Part shown: positions 8,626-18,632 of the stretch, one piece after another
How the letters are laid out: the number at the start of each line of letters is the position of its first letter
How positions within the stretch are numbered: position 1 is the first letter of the stretch
NCBI GenBank assembly: GCA_963766075.1
Contig: CAVYAN010000043.1
Location: 1 to 36,103 of the forward strand
Source: an uncultured cyanobacterium
Lineage (GTDB): Bacteria; Cyanobacteriota; Cyanobacteriia; Leptolyngbyales; Leptolyngbyaceae
Direction of reading: 5' to 3'
Length of the DNA stretch: 36,103 nt
Program-made: the position numbers and the translations under genes
The notes under the pieces: model-generated
Told to the model about the DNA's origin: nothing
The model's input: the letters and a program-made list of their open reading frames with translations, nothing else
The model's database searches: none

Positions 8626-9918
8626 ATGGGCATCATTCAGGCAACACGCGGCACTCGGGACATTTTGCCCGCCGAAATTAGCTACTGGCAGCGGGTAGAA
8701 GCCATTGCTCGGAAGATTTTGGATCGGGCCGCTTTTCAGGAGATTCGCACCCCGATTTTTGAGCAGACTGAATTGTTTCAGCGGGGCATTGGCGAAGCGA
8801 CGGATGTCGTGGGCAAGGAAATGTACACGTTTCAGGACAAGGGCGATCGCTCAATCACGCTGCGGCCTGAAGGGACTGCGGGGGCGGTGCGCGCTTTTAT
8901 TGAACATGGCCTCCACGCCCAGGGCGGCGTCCAACGCCTGTGGTACATCGGGCCGATGTTTCGCTATGAGCGTCCCCAAGCCGGACGGCAGCGCCAGTTT
9001 CACCAGTTGGGGGTCGAAGTGCTAGGCAGTGGGGATGTCCGGGCCGATGCGGAAGCCATTGCGATTGCGATCGATATACTCCGATCTGTGGGCCTGGGCG
9101 ACCTGCAACTGGACCTTAATTCCCTCGGTACCCCGGCGGATCGGCACCAGTACCGCACTGCCCTGATTGACTACCTCACCCCCTATAAAGCCGATCTCGA
9201 TCCCGACTCTCAGGATCGGCTGACCCGCAATCCCCTGCGGATTCTAGACAGTAAGGTAGACCGCACCCAGGAGATTCTGCAAAATGCTCCCTTGCTGGGT
9301 TCTAGCCTGAGTCCCGAATCCCAAGCCCGCTTTGATCGGGTGCAGCAGCTGTTGACCGATCTGGGCATTGTCTACAGTCTGAATCCCAAGCTGGTGCGCG
9401 GCCTAGACTACTACAGTCACACGGCCTTTGAATTTCAATCCGTACAATATGGGGCGGTGGGCGGTGGTGGCCGCTATGACGGTTTAGTGGGAGAACTGGG
9501 TGGACCGGAAACTCTAGCGATTGGCTGGGCGATCGGTCTGGAGCGCTTGGTGGGTCTGCTCCAACAGCTTCAATCGGCTCCTGCTCCAACCACCGATTTC
9601 TACATCGTTTCGCGGGGTCCTGTGGCAGAAACCCAGGCCCTCAAGCTGGCGCAACAGCTCCGCCAAACGGGCTTCAAAGCCGAACTCGATCTCAGTGGCA
9701 GTGCCTTTGGCAAACAGTTCAAACGGGCCGATCGCTCCGGTGCTGCGGCCTGTCTGATTCTTGGTGATGCTGAAGCCGAAACCGAAACCGTCCAGTTGAA
9801 GTGGATGCACAGTGGGGCCCAGGCCACGATCGCCCAAGCCGACCTCTGGCAGCAGGCTGAGGAGTTGCGATCGCAGCTCCAGCGATCGCGGCAATCGCCC
9901 GCCCCATTGGCAAATTAA
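8626..9918 (+). CDS. hisS: Histidine--tRNA ligase
   Basis: RGTRD, LRPEGTA, FRYERPQAGRQRQFHQ, LVRGLDYY and GGGRYD motifs. Confidence 0.98.
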   Translation: MGIIQATRGTRDILPAEISYWQRVEAIARKILDRAAFQEIRTPIFEQTELFQRGIGEATDVVGKEMYTFQDKGDRSITLRPEGTAGAVRAFIEHGLHAQGGVQRLWYIGPMFRYERPQAGRQRQFHQLGVEVLGSGDVRADAEAIAIAIDILRSVGLGDLQLDLNSLGTPADRHQYRTALIDYLTPYKADLDPDSQDRLTRNPLRILDSKVDRTQEILQNAPLLGSSLSPESQARFDRVQQLLTDLGIVYSLNPKLVRGLDYYSHTAFEFQSVQYGAVGGGGRYDGLVGELGGPETLAIGWAIGLERLVGLLQQLQSAPAPTTDFYIVSRGPVAETQALKLAQQLRQTGFKAELDLSGSAFGKQFKRADRSGAAACLILGDAEAETETVQLKWMHSGAQATIAQADLWQQAEELRSQLQRSRQSPAPLAN

Positions 9919-10069
9919 GCAGCAACAACAAATTTCTTAATGAACTTTTTTAACAAACCCCTAACTTTCCTAAAGCCTGCTCCGCTTTGTGAGATTTTGC
10001 ACCCCCAACTTGCATAGAATAAGGGGCGAATTCCTGTCCAAGCATTTCAGATACTTAGGAATACTAAAC

Positions 10070-10543
10070 ATGACAAACCAGGTTGTGAAACCCTTCAACG
10101 GTGATCCGTTCACCGGGAACCTGTCTACCCCCATTAGTGATTCTGATTTTACTAGAGCCTTTATTGGCAACTTGCCAGCCTATCGCAAAGGGGTCGCTCC
10201 CCTGCTGCGGGGTCTGGAAGTGGGGATGGCACACGGCTATCTGCTCGTTGGTCCCTGGTACAAGCTCGGTCCCCTGCGCGATTCTGACCACGCTGCTCTC
10301 GGGGCACTCATTGCCGCTGTGGGTCTGGTGACCATTCTGACGGGCTGCCTCTCCATTTATGGCTTGGCAACCTTCCAAGGTGGTGATAAAGACTCGACTA
10401 AGGACTCTCTGCAAACCTCCGAAGGCTGGAGCCAATTTGGCGGCGGCTTTTTCATTGGGGCGATGGGCGGTGCTTTTGTCGCCTACCTGCTACTGGCCAA
10501 TTTTGATGTTGTAGATGCGATTTTCCGAGGCTTTGTCAACTAA
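10070..10543 (+). CDS. psaL: Photosystem I reaction centre subunit XI
   Basis: [32 protein letters not shown] and LGPLRDS motifs. AGGA precedes ATG 10070. Confidence 0.97.
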   Translation: MTNQVVKPFNGDPFTGNLSTPISDSDFTRAFIGNLPAYRKGVAPLLRGLEVGMAHGYLLVGPWYKLGPLRDSDHAALGALIAAVGLVTILTGCLSIYGLATFQGGDKDSTKDSLQTSEGWSQFGGGFFIGAMGGAFVAYLLLANFDVVDAIFRGFVN

Positions 10544-10553
10544 GCTGACTAGG

Positions 10554-10621
10554 AATCTGGATACTTTAGAGGTCTGGATACTTTAGAGGTCTGGATGCTC
10601 TAGGGGTCTGGATGCTCTAGA
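10554..10621. repeat. 17-bp tandem repeat x4 downstream of psaL
   Basis: GGTCTGGATRCTYTAGR units at 10554 (degenerate), 10571, 10588 and 10605, with no spacers. Confidence 0.92.
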
Positions 10622-10656
10622 CGCGCAAATACAGCAGAATTGTCTGCCAATCATTT

Positions 10657-10689
10657 AAGGACCTGGATGAAAACTCCAGGTCCTTTTTT
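10657..10689 (+). terminator. Rho-independent terminator after psaL
   Basis: AAGGACCTGGA-TGAAAAC-TCCAGGTCCTT followed by a T run. Confidence 0.8.
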
Positions 10690-10744
10690 CGGCGATGCCA
10701 ATCTGCCTCTATCAAATCTCCATCCAAAATTTAAGGATGACGAC

Positions 10745-11530
10745 CTACTTGTTTGCCGCTTGAAAGAGGGGCAGAGCGGCACTGTTGGGCAATTGGACTG
10801 CCTTGAGCAACTCGGACCAGTCTGCCGCCAAGCTCGGATCGAGAGACTTGGCATAGCGCAGATCCGCCAAGCTGGACAGGGCATCGAACCAAATGCCATT
10901 GTCCGCATAGATTTGGGGGCGATCGCCCGGACTCGATTGCGCCAGTTGTTTGGCCAAGTTGGCATCGGGAGCGATTCGCTGTGCCCAGCCTTCCACCTTG
11001 GCATCTTTTTTGCGATCTTGAGGATTACAAATTAAGGCAATCGACCAGTGGTAATCCTGACCCACCGCTAGTCCGGGAATTCCTGAATTGCGCGGTAGGG
11101 GTAAGCTGGCGATACCGGCATCGCCGTTTATGCGGAAGGTCGTTCGGTAGACTAGGCCGCGATCGCTCATTTTCTTATCAGTCCCTTCCACCGCTTCGTG
11201 CAGCGTAAACTCCGCAAAGCGCGCTTTGGTTCTGGGTGTAGACCAAAAGAAGCGGGGAAATTCCGTGGTGGTTAACCCAAAGTTGGTGGGGGGCATCAGG
11301 GCCGCAAACTGCGGGGCAGAGGGCGAACTGCACGGATCAGCACCTACTGCGCCATCCCGCACACCTCCCCCCTCACGCCGACCGGGAATTCCGCGCCGAG
11401 GTGGCTTGAACCCCAGTGCCGATGCAATCAGGGGTTCACTACAAATCAACACTCCCAGTGCTAAGCCCAACCAAGGAGCGAAGCGCGAGGTCAAGCGCGG
11501 GACACGGTTTACCGAACACATAGACAGCAT
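10745..11530 (-). CDS. DUF928 domain-containing exported protein
   Basis: PGRREGGGVR, GLTTTEFPRFFW, DYHWSIALIC and YADNGIWFDAL motifs; signal-like N-terminus. Start uncertain. Confidence 0.9.
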   Translation of the reverse strand: MLSMCSVNRVPRLTSRFAPWLGLALGVLICSEPLIASALGFKPPRRGIPGRREGGGVRDGAVGADPCSSPSAPQFAALMPPTNFGLTTTEFPRFFWSTPRTKARFAEFTLHEAVEGTDKKMSDRGLVYRTTFRINGDAGIASLPLPRNSGIPGLAVGQDYHWSIALICNPQDRKKDAKVEGWAQRIAPDANLAKQLAQSSPGDRPQIYADNGIWFDALSSLADLRYAKSLDPSLAADWSELLKAVQLPNSAALPLFQAANK

Positions 11531-11678
11531 TAATCCTCTGAACTGGAACAAAGTTTATCGACAGCAACAGTAGAATTTACGGGCAAGATAATGGGGGGCC
11601 AATCCAAGCTTGCCTGCTTTCGATTTGCTTTCTTTGAATCCTTGCTTTCGATCCTTTGAGTAGAGCTAGCACTTTCCG

Positions 11679-13442
11679 ATGCAACATCACGTTTCTCAAC
11701 TGCGGTGTGCCATTCTTCTTTTGGGTGTCTTGGGTGGCACAGTCGAATGGATTGTACCCGTTTCGGCAGGCAATGCTACACCCATTTCTGCTGAGTTGGC
11801 ACCACCACAGCGCACCATTGCCCAGCGCCCGGATCCAAATAGCGATCGCCGGATTCAGCCTAGCCCACCCCCCGCGCCCCTGCCAACAGACGCGACGCCC
11901 CCCCTGGCCTCTCCATCGGCCCCATCTGCTCCCGCTCCCGATGCCTCTGACCTCCGTTTTCCCATCCGCAGGATTGAAGTTACAGGCAGCCAGATCTTTA
12001 TGCCCAAAGACTGGGAAGGCTGGACAAAGCCCCTAGAAGGCCACGAGGTCACCCTGACTCAACTGCGGGAAGTGGCCGATCAGATTACCCAGCTCTACCT
12101 CAACAAAGGTTACATCACCTCGCGAGCTGTGCTGGTAGACCAAACCATTACTGATGGCGTCGTGCACATTGAGGTGATTGAGGGCGCACTTGAACAGCCG
12201 ATTCAAGTCGAGGGTACCCAGCGCCTCAAACACTACGTGATCAGCCGGATTAACCGGGGGGCAAAACCACCCCTCAACCGGGAGAAGCTGGAAGATCAAC
12301 TGCGCCTGCTGAAGTCCGATCCCCTCTTCACCAATGTGGAAGCCAGTCTTCGACCGGGACAAGACCTAGGCAAAAGCATTCTAGTGGTCCGGGTGACGGA
12401 GGCTCGAGCCTTTAGCGGCTTTGTGGGGGCGGATAACTACTCTCCCCCCGGCGTTGGGTCGAATCGGTTTGGGGGAGGTGTCAGCTATCGGAGCCTGGTC
12501 GCAGCGGGGGATGAATTGTCCGCTGCTTACTTCCGGACCACCGCCGATGGAGCCAATGTCTTTGATCTCAGCTATCGGGTCCCGGTGAATGCCCAGAATG
12601 GCACAGTTCAATTTCGGTTTGCGCCGAATAACAATCGGATTGTAGACCCTCGGTTTGATGATTTGGGCATTCGGGGCAATTCTGAACTCTATGAACTCAG
12701 CTATCGCCAGCCCTTGGTGCGGACGCCTCGGGAGGAATTTGCCCTGTCCATTGCCCTAGCGGTGCAAAATGGCCAGACCTTTGTGTTTGATAATCTGAAG
12801 TTTCCCTTTGGCCTGGGGGCAGAAGCAGACGGCAGTACCAAAACGCGGGTGCTAAAGTTTGGCCAGGAGTACGTCCAGCGCCAGTCCACTGGGGCTTGGG
12901 CCTTGCGATCGCAGTTCAGCCTGGGTCTTGATATCGGGAATGCCACCCTCAACCCCGCCCCCACGCCCGATGGTCGCTTTGTCAGTTGGCTCGGCCAAAT
13001 TCAACGGGTCCAGCGCCTCAGCCCTGGCCAACTGTTGATTGTCCAAGCGGATATCCAACTCACTCCCGATAGCTTGCTGCCGGCGCAACAGTTTGTCATT
13101 GGGGGTGGTCAGTCAGTACGGGGCTTTCGGCAAAATGGGCGATCGGGCGACAATGGCTTCCGCCTTTCCCTGGAAGACCGCATCACCGTCCAGCGAGACG
13201 AGGCAGGCATTCCGGTAGTGCAGTTTGCCCCGTTCATCGACCTGGGTACCGTGTGGAACAATCGTGGCAATCTTGATGTTAGTCAGGGCTTTTTAGCGGG
13301 CGGAGGAATTGGCTTTCTCTGGCAACCCATCAATGGGCTAAACATTCGATTGGATTATGCGGTGCCCTTTGTCAAACTGCGCGATCGCGGCGAAGATGCC
13401 CAAGACAAAGCCTTTTACTTTAGCGTCACGGCCTTATTTTGA
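11679..13442 (+). CDS. ShlB/FhaC/HecB family two-partner secretion outer-membrane transporter (TpsB)
   Basis: Signal peptide, POTRA ITQLYLNKGYITSRA, Omp85 loop-6 GGGQSVRGF, and terminal Phe. Confidence 0.93.
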   Translation: MQHHVSQLRCAILLLGVLGGTVEWIVPVSAGNATPISAELAPPQRTIAQRPDPNSDRRIQPSPPPAPLPTDATPPLASPSAPSAPAPDASDLRFPIRRIEVTGSQIFMPKDWEGWTKPLEGHEVTLTQLREVADQITQLYLNKGYITSRAVLVDQTITDGVVHIEVIEGALEQPIQVEGTQRLKHYVISRINRGAKPPLNREKLEDQLRLLKSDPLFTNVEASLRPGQDLGKSILVVRVTEARAFSGFVGADNYSPPGVGSNRFGGGVSYRSLVAAGDELSAAYFRTTADGANVFDLSYRVPVNAQNGTVQFRFAPNNNRIVDPRFDDLGIRGNSELYELSYRQPLVRTPREEFALSIALAVQNGQTFVFDNLKFPFGLGAEADGSTKTRVLKFGQEYVQRQSTGAWALRSQFSLGLDIGNATLNPAPTPDGRFVSWLGQIQRVQRLSPGQLLIVQADIQLTPDSLLPAQQFVIGGGQSVRGFRQNGRSGDNGFRLSLEDRITVQRDEAGIPVVQFAPFIDLGTVWNNRGNLDVSQGFLAGGGIGFLWQPINGLNIRLDYAVPFVKLRDRGEDAQDKAFYFSVTALF

Positions 13443-13487
13443 ACCGGGGCCTAGCGTCAGAGCAGACAACCGGACGCAACAGCTAGC

Positions 13488-14492
13488 CTATAAAACCAGA
13501 TCCACCACGATCGGGGCATGGTCCGCATTGCCATGGTCCGCAATGCCAAATCCGGACACCCGCCAGGGCGCGCTGACCAAACAGTGATCAATGGGAATCC
13601 GAATCAGGGGCAGTAGCCAAGCTGGACGGTTTCTGACCGTGGAGGGCCAGGGGAATGTGGGCTGAATCCCAAAGCCCAGACTGGCATTATGCAGGTGCGT
13701 TTGGTGGATAAACTGACGATAGTAGGGTGACCACGGCGAGAGATTAAAGTCTCCGATGACAATCACCGGGTCTTTAAGACCTTGAATATACTGACCCAGC
13801 TTTTTTAAGGACTCATTCCGCTGCACAAACCAAAAGGGTCGCAGGGGCACTAGGGGATGGATCCCAATGAACTGGATGGGTTGTTTGCCCAATTTTAAAG
13901 TGGCCATTAGATTAAAATCCCCCGCCCGAAAGGTTTCCGCATGGGTATTGGTCAAGGGCACTCGACTCATTAAAAAAAGGCCGTTGGCAGGAACGTCATA
14001 GCGATAGGGGAAGCGATCGCCCAACTCCGTCTGCAATGCTGTTACCCAGTCCGGTGTGACTTCGATAAACAGCGCCAAGTCGGGATTTTCAGCTTGGACA
14101 ATGGCAATGGTCTGGTCATACCGCGTGTTCTCAGTATGCACATTGGCCGAAAAAATCCGCAGGTTGGGCGACAACTGGGACCGCATGTAGCTCAAATTCG
14201 TCCAAGACGGCTCAATCCGTTGCGGATAGTCCCCGTACCACGGCAAAATTTCCACAGCGTTTAAGCCGACGACCAGCAGTGCCGCCCATAGGCAAGAGGT
14301 TGGCAGTGTCCAACGACTTCGAGAAACTCCCAAAACCAGCCCCAATACCACGAGTGACAGCCCAAAATACTGCACCCGAAAATGGCTCAACAATTCCCAG
14401 GGAAATCCCCAGGCCATGTAGCTCCATAAACTCAGCCCTGCCAGTCCGCTCAAACTTAAAATGACCAGACTGGGAAAAATGCGCTTCATCAT
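13488..14492 (-). CDS. Membrane-anchored endonuclease/exonuclease/phosphatase family protein
   Basis: Three N-terminal TMs; SANV, LFIEV, IGDFN, IDH and ADH motifs. Confidence 0.9.
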   Translation of the reverse strand: MMKRIFPSLVILSLSGLAGLSLWSYMAWGFPWELLSHFRVQYFGLSLVVLGLVLGVSRSRWTLPTSCLWAALLVVGLNAVEILPWYGDYPQRIEPSWTNLSYMRSQLSPNLRIFSANVHTENTRYDQTIAIVQAENPDLALFIEVTPDWVTALQTELGDRFPYRYDVPANGLFLMSRVPLTNTHAETFRAGDFNLMATLKLGKQPIQFIGIHPLVPLRPFWFVQRNESLKKLGQYIQGLKDPVIVIGDFNLSPWSPYYRQFIHQTHLHNASLGFGIQPTFPWPSTVRNRPAWLLPLIRIPIDHCLVSAPWRVSGFGIADHGNADHAPIVVDLVL

Positions 14493-14663
14493 GAGCCACT
14501 AACACGGAATAAAATTACTACTAGGTCACTCCCTGCCGCCTGAGGCTTCTGAACAATACCCATTGACACAGCAAAATTCCGTAATTCCCTGGAGAAGGGG
14601 TGCGCCAAAATCAGGGTCAAAATGATTGCAGCCTGTAAGCAACCCTCAACAATAATCGCAGAG

Positions 14664-14681
14664 TGTAACGTTACAGTTACA
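14664..14681. promoter_or_regulatory. Palindrome TGTAACGTTACA with tandem GTTACA, possible transcription-factor site upstream of rbcL
   Basis: Perfect 12-bp palindrome at 14664-14675; GTTACA repeated at 14670 and 14676. Confidence 0.35.
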
Positions 14682-15046
14682 TTGTCAAGGCTTGCTCTGG
14701 GCTGAAGAAATTGTAGGAATGCCCCAAAGCCTTGCCTGCTTTAGGTTTTTTTCAGGTTTCGTCAAATGCAATAATCCAGGTTTATATAACGAAACAGAAT
14801 AACTGAAGTCTGGCTTATGAGAATGCAGTGCCCAGTGCTGATATTATTTTTGAGAACCCGTTCTACGCGAACCTGGGGTAATTCAACACTAGAGCAGTTA
14901 ACTCCACAGGGTAAAGTTCTGGTGTCGGCGGCCCCCAATCAAAATAGGACTGTTATCGAAATCTACTGGCTCTTCCGGATTAGGACCTGGGCGAGATGGT
15001 GGGTGGCGATCGTAAAAATTTGAGTAGATTAACAGGAAGGGAGATT

Positions 15047-16477
15047 ATGTCTTACGCGCAAACCCGTACCCAAGCGAAAGGTGGGTACGCAGCCGGGGTC
15101 CAGGACTACAAGCTGACTTATTACACCCCGGACTACACCCCGAAGGATACCGATATTCTGGCTGCGTTTCGTGTAACCGCCCAGCCGGGAGTGCCTCCGG
15201 AAGAAGCTGCAGCGGCTGTTGCGGCTGAATCGTCTACCGGGACTTGGACCACGGTGTGGACTGACCTGCTGACCGACTTGGATCGCTACAAGGGCCGTTG
15301 TTACGACATCGAACCCGTTCCCGGTGAAGACGGTCAGTTTATTGCCTACATCGCCTATCCTTTGGACCTGTTTGAAGAAGGCTCTGTCACCAACCTGCTG
15401 ACCTCCTTGGTGGGTAACGTGTTTGGTTTCAAGGCTCTGAAAGCGCTGCGTTTGGAAGATTTGCGCATTCCCGTGGCTTACCTGAAGACCTTCCAAGGTC
15501 CTCCCCACGGTATTCAAGTTGAGCGCGACAAGCTGAACAAGTACGGTCGCCCCATGCTGGGTTGCACCATCAAGCCCAAACTGGGTCTGTCTGCGAAGAA
15601 CTACGGTCGCGCCGTTTATGAGTGTCTGCGCGGTGGTTTGGACTTCACCAAAGATGATGAAAACATCAACTCTCAGCCGTTCCAACGGTGGCGCGATCGC
15701 TTCCTGTTCGTTGCTGATGCCATCCACAAAGCCCAAGCAGAAACTGGCGAAATCAAGGGTCACTACTTGAACGTGACTGCCGCCACCTGTGAAGAAATGC
15801 TGAAGCGGGCTGAGTTCGCCAAAGAGCTCGAAATGCCCATCATCATGCATGACTTCCTGACCGGTGGTTTCACCGCCAACACCTCCCTGGCGCACTGGTG
15901 CCGCGACAACGGTGTCCTGTTGCACATTCACCGCGCCATGCACGCCGTGATCGACCGTCAGAAGAACCACGGGATCCACTTCCGCGTCTTGGCGAAGTGC
16001 CTCCGGATGTCCGGTGGTGACCACATCCACACCGGTACTGTTGTGGGTAAATTGGAAGGGGACAAGGCTGTCACCCTCGGTTTCATCGATCTGTTGCGCG
16101 AAAACTACATCGAACAAGATCGCTCTCGCGGGGTTTACTTCACCCAAGACTGGGCTTCTATGCCCGGTGTCATGGCGGTGGCTTCCGGTGGTATCCACGT
16201 ATGGCACATGCCCGCGTTGGTTGACATCTTCGGCGATGAGTCCGTTCTGCAATTCGGTGGTGGTACCTTGGGTCACCCCTGGGGTAATGCACCGGGTGCA
16301 ACGGCTAACCGCGTCGCTTTGGAAGCGTGCGTTCAAGCCCGGAACGAAGGTCGCGACCTGATGCGTGAAGGCGGCGATATCATCCGCGAAGCTTGCCGTT
16401 GGAGTCCTGAACTGGCTGCTGCTTGCGAACTGTGGAAGGAAATCAAGTTCGAGTTCGAGGCTGTAGACACCATCTAG
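15047..16477 (+). CDS. rbcL: Form IB RuBisCO large subunit
   Basis: MSYAQT start after [20 protein letters not shown] catalytic motif; 476 aa. Confidence 0.99.
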   Translation: MSYAQTRTQAKGGYAAGVQDYKLTYYTPDYTPKDTDILAAFRVTAQPGVPPEEAAAAVAAESSTGTWTTVWTDLLTDLDRYKGRCYDIEPVPGEDGQFIAYIAYPLDLFEEGSVTNLLTSLVGNVFGFKALKALRLEDLRIPVAYLKTFQGPPHGIQVERDKLNKYGRPMLGCTIKPKLGLSAKNYGRAVYECLRGGLDFTKDDENINSQPFQRWRDRFLFVADAIHKAQAETGEIKGHYLNVTAATCEEMLKRAEFAKELEMPIIMHDFLTGGFTANTSLAHWCRDNGVLLHIHRAMHAVIDRQKNHGIHFRVLAKCLRMSGGDHIHTGTVVGKLEGDKAVTLGFIDLLRENYIEQDRSRGVYFTQDWASMPGVMAVASGGIHVWHMPALVDIFGDESVLQFGGGTLGHPWGNAPGATANRVALEACVQARNEGRDLMREGGDIIREACRWSPELAAACELWKEIKFEFEAVDTI

Positions 16478-16479
16478 GC

Positions 16480-16567
16480 GATTTGGGATTTTAGATAGCG
16501 GATTTTAGAATGTGGATTAGGCTTAACTGAACTAATCGATTCCTCTAAAATCCAAAATCTAAAATCC
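16480..16567. repeat. Inverted heptamer STRR clusters between rbcL and rbcX
   Basis: GATTTGG/GATTTTA units face AAAATCC/AAAATCT units. Confidence 0.7.
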
Positions 16568-16582
16568 TCAATTGAATGCCGC

Positions 16583-16993
16583 ATGGATCTTAAAAAAATT
16601 GCGAAAGATACGACCAAGACGCTGATTACTTATCTCACCTATCAAGCGGTGCGGGTAGTGTACGAACAGTTGGATGAAACCGAACCCAAGCGAGCCTATT
16701 GGTTGCACCAGTTTGCCTCGCGGGAAACGATTAAGGACGGTGAAGTCTTTCTGGAAGCCCTGTTTCGAGAGCGACAGGATTTGGCATTCCGCATTTTAAC
16801 GGTGAGAGAGCATATCGCTGAAGAATTGGCAGATTTCTTGCCCGAGTTATTGCGGACAAGTATTCAGCAAGCCAATACCTTGCAGCGTAAGCAGCAATTG
16901 GAACGTATGACGCAGGTCGTAGATCCAGAAGCATCCAATATTCAGCCCGGTTCTGTTGCGGACGTTGAACCTATTTCTGAAGCCGAAGAATAG
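16583..16993 (+). CDS. rbcX: RuBisCO assembly chaperone RbcX
   Basis: IAKDTTKTLITYLTYQAVR and LAFRILTVREHIAE motifs; lies between rbcL and rbcS. Confidence 0.98.
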   Translation: MDLKKIAKDTTKTLITYLTYQAVRVVYEQLDETEPKRAYWLHQFASRETIKDGEVFLEALFRERQDLAFRILTVREHIAEELADFLPELLRTSIQQANTLQRKQQLERMTQVVDPEASNIQPGSVADVEPISEAEE

Positions 16994-17097
16994 TCGCGAG
17001 TTCGGTCGAGATCTGCGCTCAAGCTCGTCTCTGCCTCGTGTCTCCTGATGGCTCATTATTTCTGATCAAACTTAGTTGAAACCTCCTGAGGAAATCC

Positions 17098-17454
17098 ATG
17101 AAAACTCTGCCCAAAGAGCGTCGTTACGAAACTTTTTCCTACTTGCCTCCCTTGACGGATGCGCAAATCGCCCGCCAAATCCAGTACACCATTGACCAAG
17201 GGTTCCACCCCTGTATCGAGTTCAACGAAACCTCTGAGCCCGAAACCTACTACTGGACAATGTGGAAGTTGCCCCTGTTCAACTGCTCTTCTCCCCAAGA
17301 AGTGCTCGCGGAAGTGCAACAATGCCGTTCGGAATATGGTCACTGTTACATTCGGGTTGTGGCGTTCGACAACGTGAAGCAGTGCCAAGTGATGAGCTTC
17401 ATTGTGCACAAACCTAACCAAACGGCGAGTGCTAGCGCAGGCTACCGCTATTAA
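17098..17454 (+). CDS. rbcS: RuBisCO small subunit
   Basis: [24 protein letters not shown] and IRVVAFDN motifs. Confidence 0.99.
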   Translation: MKTLPKERRYETFSYLPPLTDAQIARQIQYTIDQGFHPCIEFNETSEPETYYWTMWKLPLFNCSSPQEVLAEVQQCRSEYGHCYIRVVAFDNVKQCQVMSFIVHKPNQTASASAGYRY

Positions 17455-17468
17455 TGGAAATTTCTCCC

Positions 17469-17494
17469 TGAGGCTGTTAAATTTAACAGCCTCA
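17469..17494. other. Perfect 26-bp palindrome after rbcS (possible mRNA-stabilising stem-loop)
   Basis: TGAGGCTGTTAAATTTAACAGCCTCA is its own reverse complement. Confidence 0.75.
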
Positions 17495-17528
17495 AAGAAG
17501 TGTCTTGAGCAATCTGGTTAGATTTAAC

Positions 17529-17560
17529 GAAAAGAGAGGGGCGATTGCCCCTCTCTTTTC
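17529..17560 (+). terminator. Rho-independent (bidirectional-type) terminator of rbcLXS
   Basis: GAAAAGAGAGGGGC-GATT-GCCCCTCTCTTTTC. Confidence 0.85.
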
Positions 17561-17700
17561 ACATTTCTGAAGAAAATTTGGAAGAGGAGGTTGCCAGTCC
17601 TTATACTAGGGCACGTTCATCTCCAATGGACTGAGGTATTGGTTAAGATCCATTTTAGGGATATCTAAGGGATATCTATTAGACGGAGCGCTTCACGCCA

Positions 17701-18531
17701 ATGGATTACAAATACCTAAAACAAGCGATCAGCAGCTACTCTGATAGAAATCTAGAGCAGCGAAAGAACTGGTATTCCTCAGCAGCAGAGGCTTACAACC
17801 AAGTCAGACCTCGTTATCCCCAAGATTTGATTGGGCAGGTTGTAGAAATTGCTCAACTCTCGTCTAACTCGAAAATTCTTGAGGTGGGATGCGGTCCCGC
17901 AACAGCGACAACAGCCTTTGCTCAATTGGATTCCCAAATGCTGTGTTTAGAACCCAACCCAGACTTCTACCGACTAGCCCAGCAAAATTGTGACCAGTAT
18001 CCAAATGTAGAAATTCAAAACACTTCTTTTGAGGAATGGGTTTTACAGGCTGATCAGTTTGATGCGGTTTTAGCGGCAAGTTCGTTTCATTGGATACCGT
18101 CAGAGGTGGGATATCCAAAAGCAGCAAAGGCTTTAGGCAAGGATGGCTACTTGATTTTGTTGTGGAACAAAGAGCTGCAGCCCGACTATGAAGTATACCA
18201 ATCCCTTTCCGAAGTTTATCAAATCCATGCTCCATCCCTAGACCGCTACGAGGATAGAAAAACTCAGGAAAAGATTTTGCAAGAATTGGGACAAATAGTC
18301 ACAGATTCACAGCTCTTTCAAGATGTCGTCTTTGGCTGTCTTAGGTCTGAAGTCATTTATACAGGCGATGAATATTTAACACTTTTGAATACTTACTCCC
18401 CCTACCTGAAACTAGCCTCTGAGACCAAGGATGCGTTATTTGAAGGGTTGAGAAATAGCATTGACAATGACTTTGAGGGCAGACTGCCGCTCTCATATAT
18501 TTCTGCTTTTCACATTGCTAAAAAACGCTAA
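17701..18531 (+). CDS. Class I SAM-dependent methyltransferase
   Basis: YNQVRPRYP, ILEVGCGPATAT (motif I) and FDAVLAASSFHW. Confidence 0.9.
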   Translation: MDYKYLKQAISSYSDRNLEQRKNWYSSAAEAYNQVRPRYPQDLIGQVVEIAQLSSNSKILEVGCGPATATTAFAQLDSQMLCLEPNPDFYRLAQQNCDQYPNVEIQNTSFEEWVLQADQFDAVLAASSFHWIPSEVGYPKAAKALGKDGYLILLWNKELQPDYEVYQSLSEVYQIHAPSLDRYEDRKTQEKILQELGQIVTDSQLFQDVVFGCLRSEVIYTGDEYLTLLNTYSPYLKLASETKDALFEGLRNSIDNDFEGRLPLSYISAFHIAKKR

Positions 18532-18632
18532 ATAGCAGATTCAGGGTGGAGAGTATCCTTAGCCTAACCACGGTGATCAGTATAGTGGGTCACATAAATC
18601 TGGGTGAGGATGCCAACTTCTGCACACTGTTA

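Noticed and set aside
10554..10621. Possible mini CRISPR array
   Set aside because: 17-bp units are directly adjacent with no spacers, and no cas genes are present.
14664..14681. NtcA box upstream of rbcL
   Set aside because: GTA to TAC spacing is 4 or 10 nt, not the required 8.
14996..15046. N-terminal extension of RbcL from the ORF track
   Set aside because: The conserved MSYAQT start at 15047 has a good Shine-Dalgarno. Similar upstream extensions were trimmed for psaL, Uma2, the glycosyltransferase and the nuclease.
15029..16336. 435-aa antisense ORF over rbcL
   Set aside because: Shadow of strong codon bias in a highly expressed gene; no recognisable motifs. The same applies to antisense ORFs over psbA, folP and rbcS.
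17701..18531. ArsM arsenite methyltransferase linked to the arsenosugar glycosyltransferase
   Set aside because: Lacks the ArsM cysteine pattern and looks like a generic class I methyltransferase.
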